NCBI GenBank assembly: GCA_041572575.1
Contig: JBFFSH010000081.1
Location: 1-11,881 of the forward strand
Reading direction: 5' to 3'
Length of the DNA: 11,881 bases
Source: Thermodesulfobacteriota bacterium
GTDB taxonomy: Bacteria > Desulfobacterota_D > UBA1144 > Nemesobacterales > N074bin48
Positions 7,262 to 11,881 of the stretch are shown piece after piece; the stretch's first letter is position 1; every line of letters begins with the position of its first letter. A program made the position numbers and the translations under genes. The notes beneath the pieces were generated by a model that did no database searches, was not told the origin of the DNA, and saw nothing but the letters and a program-made list of their open reading frames with translations.

Positions 7262-9049
7262 ATGTACATCTTAGGAATTTCCTGTTTCTTCCATGATTCT
7301 GCTGCTGCAATTCTAAAAGACGGTAAGTTGATTGCAGCTGCTGAAGAAGAGAGATTTTCAAGAATCAAGCATGATTTCGAGTTTCCGGACAATGCAATAG
7401 ATTTTTGCCTCGAATTTGCAGGTATAGATGCTGAGCAGCTGGATTATGTCGTGTTTTTTGAAAAACCATTCGTTAAGTTTGAAAGACTTCTTCTTTCAAC
7501 CTTGCAAAATTTCCCCAGATCTACCAAGCTTTTTAGAGAAGCTATGATTACATGGCTTGGTGATAAGCTCTGGGTTAAAAACTACCTTATAAAAAAACTA
7601 AATATTAGCCAAAGTAAGATCTTGTTTAGTGATCACCATCTCTCACATGCATCAAGTTCATTCTTTTGCTCACCATTTGAGAAGTCTGCAATTATTACTA
7701 TAGATGGGGTAGGTGAATGGACGACTGCTACAATAGGTGTTGGTGAGGGCAGTGACATTAAAATTCTAAAAGAAATAAACTTTCCACACTCTATTGGACT
7801 ACTCTACAGCGCCTTTACCGCATTTTTAGGATTTGAGGTAAATGAGGGTGAATATAAAGTGATGGGAATGGCCCCATTTGGCAAGCCAAATTATGTGGAT
7901 AAAGTTTACAAGGTAATAAACAGCTACGATGATGGCAGCTTTGAACTCAATATGGACTATTTTAGTTTTCATTATTCAACTGAAAAAACTTTTAGCTCTA
8001 AATTTGAAGATATTTTTGGTGATCCGCGCGATCCCCAAGCATTGTTCTTTACTGAAAGCAGTGGTTATCCTTCTTATTTTGGAGAAAAGCCATCAGACTA
8101 TAATGAATTAGTAAAAAGTAATCAGTACTATGCAGATATTGCCGCAAGTATACAAGTGGTTACAGAACAGCTTGTTGTAAAACTTGCCAAAAAAGCTCAT
8201 GAACTGACCGGATATAACAAGCTTTGTATGGCAGGCGGTGTAGCTCTTAATAGTGTAGCTAACTGGAAAGTTCTGAGGAATACACCTTTTGATGAAATTT
8301 ATATTCATCCCGCAGCGGGTGATGGCGGGGGTGCGGTAGGGGCGGCGCTATATGGTTATCATGCTCTTTTAGGAAAACCAAGAGAGTTTGTGATGGAGCA
8401 CGCTTACTGGGGAAAGCAACATGGAGATGATTCGATATCTGAATTTCTGGAAAATGAAAATATACCATATGAAAAAGTTTCAAGTGATGAAAAGCTGATA
8501 GAAAAAGTATCAGACTACCTTGTTGATGGAAAGGTAATAGGCTGGTATCAAGGAAGGTTTGAATGGGGGCCCAGAGCGCTTGGAAACAGAAGCATTATAG
8601 CTGATCCAAGAAGGACTGATATGAAAGATATTGTTAACGTGAAAATCAAATTCAGGGAGCCGTTCAGACCATTCGCTCCTTCGGTTTTATCAGAAAAAGT
8701 GACTGAATATTTTGATATTGAAGAATCTGATATTCAGTATCCAACCAGGTTTATGCTCTATGTTACAGATGTAAAAGAGGATAAAAAAGAAGTCCTTCCA
8801 GCAATTACTCATGTAGATGGAACCGGAAGACTCCAGTCAGTATACAAAGAGCTAAATCCCAAATACTATAATCTAATTCAAAGCTTTGGAGAACAAACAG
8901 GAGTACCCGTGATTCTAAATACCTCATTTAACCTAAAAGGTGAACCTGTTGTTAATACCCCTGCCGAAGCATTTAATTCATTTTATAAAAGCGGAATGGA
9001 TTACCTTGTGCTTGGAAATTTTATTATAGACAAATCAAAATTATCTTAA
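7262..9049 (+). CDS. O-carbamoyltransferase, NodU/CmcH/TobZ family (Kae1-like plus YrdC-like domains)
   Basis: ILGIS..FHDSAAA, AAAEEERFSRIKH, HHLSH, TIDGVGE, EGEYKVMGMAPFG, AGGVALNSVAN, PAAGDGG, EWGPRALGNRSI, KIKFREPFRPFAP, HVDGTGRLQ, LNTSFN. Confidence 0.97.
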   Translation: MYILGISCFFHDSAAAILKDGKLIAAAEEERFSRIKHDFEFPDNAIDFCLEFAGIDAEQLDYVVFFEKPFVKFERLLLSTLQNFPRSTKLFREAMITWLGDKLWVKNYLIKKLNISQSKILFSDHHLSHASSSFFCSPFEKSAIITIDGVGEWTTATIGVGEGSDIKILKEINFPHSIGLLYSAFTAFLGFEVNEGEYKVMGMAPFGKPNYVDKVYKVINSYDDGSFELNMDYFSFHYSTEKTFSSKFEDIFGDPRDPQALFFTESSGYPSYFGEKPSDYNELVKSNQYYADIAASIQVVTEQLVVKLAKKAHELTGYNKLCMAGGVALNSVANWKVLRNTPFDEIYIHPAAGDGGGAVGAALYGYHALLGKPREFVMEHAYWGKQHGDDSISEFLENENIPYEKVSSDEKLIEKVSDYLVDGKVIGWYQGRFEWGPRALGNRSIIADPRRTDMKDIVNVKIKFREPFRPFAPSVLSEKVTEYFDIEESDIQYPTRFMLYVTDVKEDKKEVLPAITHVDGTGRLQSVYKELNPKYYNLIQSFGEQTGVPVILNTSFNLKGEPVVNTPAEAFNSFYKSGMDYLVLGNFIIDKSKLS

Positions 9050-9093
9050 TAAAAATAATCTTAAAAACAAAATCAATTAAGAGGTAAAATATT

Positions 9094-9273
9094 ATGGGAT
9101 TTTTAAAAAATATGAGTGAGAGAATGGGGGTCATGGGTGAACTGCTTCAGTTCTTTTTGGAAAATAAATGGTGGTGGCTTACGCCTATGATACTGGTTCT
9201 TCTGATTTTCGGATTATTAATAGTATTTGCCCAAAGCTCTGCCGTAGCGCCATTTATTTATACGCTGTTTTAA
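9094..9273 (+). CDS. Small membrane protein, DUF5989/SxtK-like family (59 aa; absent from ORF track)
   Basis: ATG 9094 to TAA 9273: MGFLKNMSERMGVMGELLQFFLENKWWWLTPMILVLLIFGLLIVFAQSSAVAPFIYTLF. SD AAGAGGT at 9079-9085. The C-terminal AQSSA.APFIYTLF is the hallmark of SxtK-like peptides found after carbamoyltransferase genes. Confidence 0.92.
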   Translation: MGFLKNMSERMGVMGELLQFFLENKWWWLTPMILVLLIFGLLIVFAQSSAVAPFIYTLF

Positions 9274-9298
9274 ATACTCTCAATCCACATTTTAGTCC

Positions 9299-10552
9299 TT
9301 GTATAGTTTTATGAATAATCTATCCAGATTTGTTTTAGTAATTGGTTTAGTAGTTAACCAGTGGACGCTAGCTATGATTTTTAGTGAAGATAGTCATATT
9401 GAAGGTCTTCATCTAAAAATAATAATATGGTTATTTCAAATAACATGTGTTTTACTAGCACTGTTTATACACTTATTAATATCTGAACGAGTTAATAATA
9501 AAATAAAGGCTATTCTTATAGGACTCTCTTTGCCAATATGGATAGTGGTATTATTGGAGATATCACTTAATCTATATAATCAATCGGAATCAAATACAGT
9601 GGTAGTTTCCAAGTCATATACAATTAATTCTGATGGAACTATAACAGATGGAGGTACAATACTACAAGATGAAATATTAGGTAAAAAGCCAACATCGAAT
9701 ATAAGATTTCGTGATTATAATAAAACTGGAGATACCATTGTTTATGATTATATAGCTACCACAGATAAATATCATAGAAGGATGACTCCAGTTTCACCAG
9801 GTCAAAATAAAGAGGAATTTCTAATATTCTTTGGTGGATCGTTTGTTTGGGGTGCAGCCAACGATAATGAAACAATACCATTTTACACATCCAAATGTTT
9901 AAATAAATTTATGACTTACAATTACGGGTATGGTGGATATGGAACACAACAGATGCTTGCGAAGCTACAGACAAATGAAATTGCCAATGAGATAGATTAT
10001 AAAACTGGTACAGCTGTATATGTTTTTATCCCCTGGCATGTTTATAGAGTAGTTGGATCGATGCAGCAGTCGACCACATTTGCAAATTATCACCCTTATT
10101 ACTATTTAGATGAAGATGATAATTTAGTAAGATCCGGTAATTTTCAAGAGGGGCGTCCATACCTAAATATTGCATACAGGATCATAGGGAAAAGCCGTAT
10201 TCTTAAATACTTTAGAATAAATCTGCCATTTATTAGTGAAGAACACATTTACTTAACTTACAGGATAATTAGAGAATCACACTTGGAGTTTAGTAATCAG
10301 TTCAAGGATAGTAAATTTTATGTGCTTTTTTATCCTGTCAATTCTAAATTTATAGAAGGGAGAAATTATATAGTCCAATTAAAAATATACCTTGATAAAC
10401 AAGGTATTGAGTATCTTGATTTTACCGATCTGTTTGATCCTAGTAAGAATGAATACAAGATTCCTGATGGACATCCTTCTGTCTATGCTAATAAAGTAAT
10501 TGCCAATAACATATGTGCTGAATTAAAAGAAAGTTCTAGCAGGTATCATTAA
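9299..10552 (+). CDS. Membrane-anchored SGNH/GDSL-type hydrolase-family protein (putative polysaccharide acyl/carbamoyl-modifying enzyme)
   Basis: About three N-terminal hydrophobic segments; block I-like FLIFFGGSFVWG, block II-like YNYGYGGYGTQQM, block V DGHPS..AN..IA. Start is TTG 9299 or ATG 9311. Confidence 0.75.
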   Translation: MYSFMNNLSRFVLVIGLVVNQWTLAMIFSEDSHIEGLHLKIIIWLFQITCVLLALFIHLLISERVNNKIKAILIGLSLPIWIVVLLEISLNLYNQSESNTVVVSKSYTINSDGTITDGGTILQDEILGKKPTSNIRFRDYNKTGDTIVYDYIATTDKYHRRMTPVSPGQNKEEFLIFFGGSFVWGAANDNETIPFYTSKCLNKFMTYNYGYGGYGTQQMLAKLQTNEIANEIDYKTGTAVYVFIPWHVYRVVGSMQQSTTFANYHPYYYLDEDDNLVRSGNFQEGRPYLNIAYRIIGKSRILKYFRINLPFISEEHIYLTYRIIRESHLEFSNQFKDSKFYVLFYPVNSKFIEGRNYIVQLKIYLDKQGIEYLDFTDLFDPSKNEYKIPDGHPSVYANKVIANNICAELKESSSRYH

Positions 10553-10601
10553 GTAGTAATAGCACCTATTTTTAAGTAGTCTAAGTATAAATAATAAATA
10601 T

Positions 10602-11122
10602 TTGAATATACTGTTTCTATATCTAAAGGCTTTTTCATCTACAGGTGGAATTGAAAAGTATAATAGACTCTTTATTAAGGCCTTATGTGAACTTGGTTCC
10701 TAAAGAAGTTATCGGAATCTCTAAAAAATCAAATTGTTTGGGTTGATCCAATTTATGATCAACTAGTTTTAAATTCACATTACAAAGAGTCTAAGTTTTT
10801 TGTATACCCCTCAATAGCTGAAAAAGGTGAGGCCCTCCCTTTGGCACCTGTAGAAGCTATGTCTCATGGCTGTATCCCATTAGTATCGAATTTAGAATGT
10901 TTTAATGATTATATAGAAGAAGGAAAAACAGGTTTGTATTTTGATTCTTTAACTGGTGATCCTGTGAATAATCTATATGTAGTGTTAAAGAAATTAATAA
11001 GTTCTGAAGATGAATTGAGATCAATTGCCTCAGATAGCTATTTAATATCAAAGAAATATTCGTTAAATAATATTGCTGATAAATATCTAAAAGATTTTAG
11101 AAATCTTTCTCATGTTTATTAA
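10602..11122 (+). pseudogene. GT4 (GT-B fold) glycosyltransferase pseudogene: N-terminal 33 codons joined out of frame to a C-terminal domain
   Basis: TTG 10602 to TAA 10703 reads (M)NILFLYLKAFSSTGGIEKYNRLFIKALCELGS*, a GT4 N-terminal beta-strand/GG.E/helix. A different frame, open from 10691 to 11122, reads ...SKFFVYPSIAEKGEALPLAPVEAMSHGCIPLVSN...YIEEGKTGLYF, with the E-X7-E donor-binding motif. The total of about 520 nt is roughly half a normal GT4 gene. Confidence 0.82.
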
Positions 11123-11123
11123 A

Positions 11124-11741
11124 TTACTGTTTTTTTATCGCTTTAAAGATCTTAATATATTTTAAGCCGATTTTCTTATCATGAAGATTTTCATTTACTT
11201 CAAATGACAATTTAATATCTTTATTATTAGGTGTTATCCTTAAATCGCTTATTAATGGAGGATGTCTTACAGTGTTTTTTATTGTTTTGTGCCATATGAG
11301 TTTGTCGTGATTATAAATTTTCAATTTAGTCTTATGAATGTTTTCTAAATATAATTTTATGTAAAATATTAAATCTTCATTGTGTGGTAAGTTGCTAATT
11401 GAGATTGATAATGAGTTGTTATCAAAGATAGATGCATCTTCTATATCGTATTTCATGCCTTTTGCTTTATAATTTTTATAAGTACCGTGTATTCCAAAAT
11501 CTAAGTTCTTGATGATAGAATACTTTCCTTTTAAAGTATAAATGCTTTGTGGTCCAGACCATGAAGAGTCTAGCCAGGAGTGACCATCTATTATGTATTC
11601 ATATAAAGGCGGCATATAATTCAATTCTCTGTCTGAATGATCATAATACATATAAGATCTTGTATTATGATTAAGAGATAGGTGATTAGCCTTTCTAATC
11701 TTATCTGTGTTTTTTATATTTATTTTTGGATTATGAAAAAT
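11124..11741 (-). pseudogene. C-terminal remnant of a hypothetical gene interrupted by the IS (track ORF 11124..11651 is its internal-ATG part)
   Basis: The frame stays open 30 codons upstream of ATG 11651 (IFHNPKINIKNTDKIRKANHLSLNHNTRSY) up to the IS terminus; the first in-frame stop lies inside the IRL (11754-11756). Beta-rich-looking C-terminus; no family recognised. Confidence 0.6.
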
Positions 11742-11785
11742 TGACCTTCCCCCCTATAATAGTACCAGATTACAAGTTAGAATTT
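11742..11785 (+). repeat. IS3 left terminal inverted repeat (IRL)
   Basis: TGACCTTCCCCCCTATAATAGTACCAGATTACAAGTTAGAATTT, an imperfect inverted counterpart of 101-141. Confidence 0.85.
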
Positions 11786-11820
11786 TAGGTAATAAACCCT
11801 ATGAATAGGAGGCAAGGGAA

Positions 11821-11881
11821 ATGCCCAGGAAGCGTTACACGCCAGAGCAAATAATAAGATATTTAAGACACGCAGAAGTTC
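11821..11881 (+). CDS. IS3-family transposase OrfA, N-terminal fragment (runs off window)
   Basis: MPRKRYTPEQIIRYLRHAEV, matching the typical KR[YF]T.EQII..L+.AE start of IS3/IS407-group OrfA; strong SD 8 nt upstream. Confidence 0.9.
   Translation, partial: MPRKRYTPEQIIRYLRHAEV

Larger units (their letters stand above)
11742..11881 (+). mobile_element. Left end of an IS3-family insertion sequence (IS407-like group)
   Basis: Begins TGACCTTCCCCCC; IRL resembles the IRR at 101-141; followed by SD AGGAGG (11807-11812) and orfA. Confidence 0.9.

Noticed and set aside
7929..8483. ORFs 7929..8111 (+), 8108..8308 (-) and 8259..8483 (-)
   Set aside because: Nested within the conserved carbamoyltransferase; no independent support.
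7262..10552. Saxitoxin or other secondary-metabolite gene cluster
   Set aside because: No sxtA, sxtG, sxtB or PKS/NRPS genes in the window; the context is polysaccharide export.
11090..11108. Hairpin AAAGATTT-TAG-AAATCTTT as an intrinsic terminator
   Set aside because: Almost entirely A-T paired, lies within coding sequence, and has no clear U-tract.
10841..11122. Stand-alone 93-aa glycosyltransferase
   Set aside because: The TTG start falls inside the E-X7-E motif and homology-like sequence extends upstream; it is part of the pseudogene.
11738..11741. Target-site duplication implying a circular molecule with a single IS
   Set aside because: Bases before the IRL (AAAT) do not equal those after the IRR (TAAT) at either 3 or 4 bp.
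11741..11760. Sigma70 promoter TTGACC...TATAAT
   Set aside because: The spacer is only 8 nt, far from the 16-18 nt required.
1..11881. CRISPR array, tRNA/rRNA or long tandem repeats
   Set aside because: None noticed on reading; short AAT/TAT runs reflect Asn/Tyr/Lys codons in AT-rich DNA.

Overview
AT-rich bacterial surface-polysaccharide (capsule/EPS) locus, bounded at both window ends by about 140 bp remnants of IS3-family elements in the same orientation. On the + strand: the end of an IS3 transposase orfB plus IRR, then wza-like OPX lipoprotein, wzc-like co-polymerase/BY-kinase, a membrane-anchored helical-repeat/CBM4_9-like protein, an unusual J-domain-TM-LysM-NTF2-like protein, and a UpxY/RfaH-like NusG paralogue. 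After an AT-rich spacer carrying an ops-like motif come a NodU/CmcH-type carbamoyltransferase, a 59-aa SxtK/DUF5989-like membrane peptide missing from the ORF track, a membrane-anchored SGNH-type hydrolase, and a GT4 glycosyltransferase pseudogene that looks like an out-of-frame deletion fusion. A convergent minus-strand gene is cut off by the right-hand IS (IRL plus orfA start). No wzx, wzy, wzb, priming transferase or intact glycosyltransferase is visible. The most novel-looking element is the predicted trans-membrane Hsp70 co-chaperone with a peptidoglycan-binding domain inside the export operon. All family calls come from motif recognition by eye; no searches were run.
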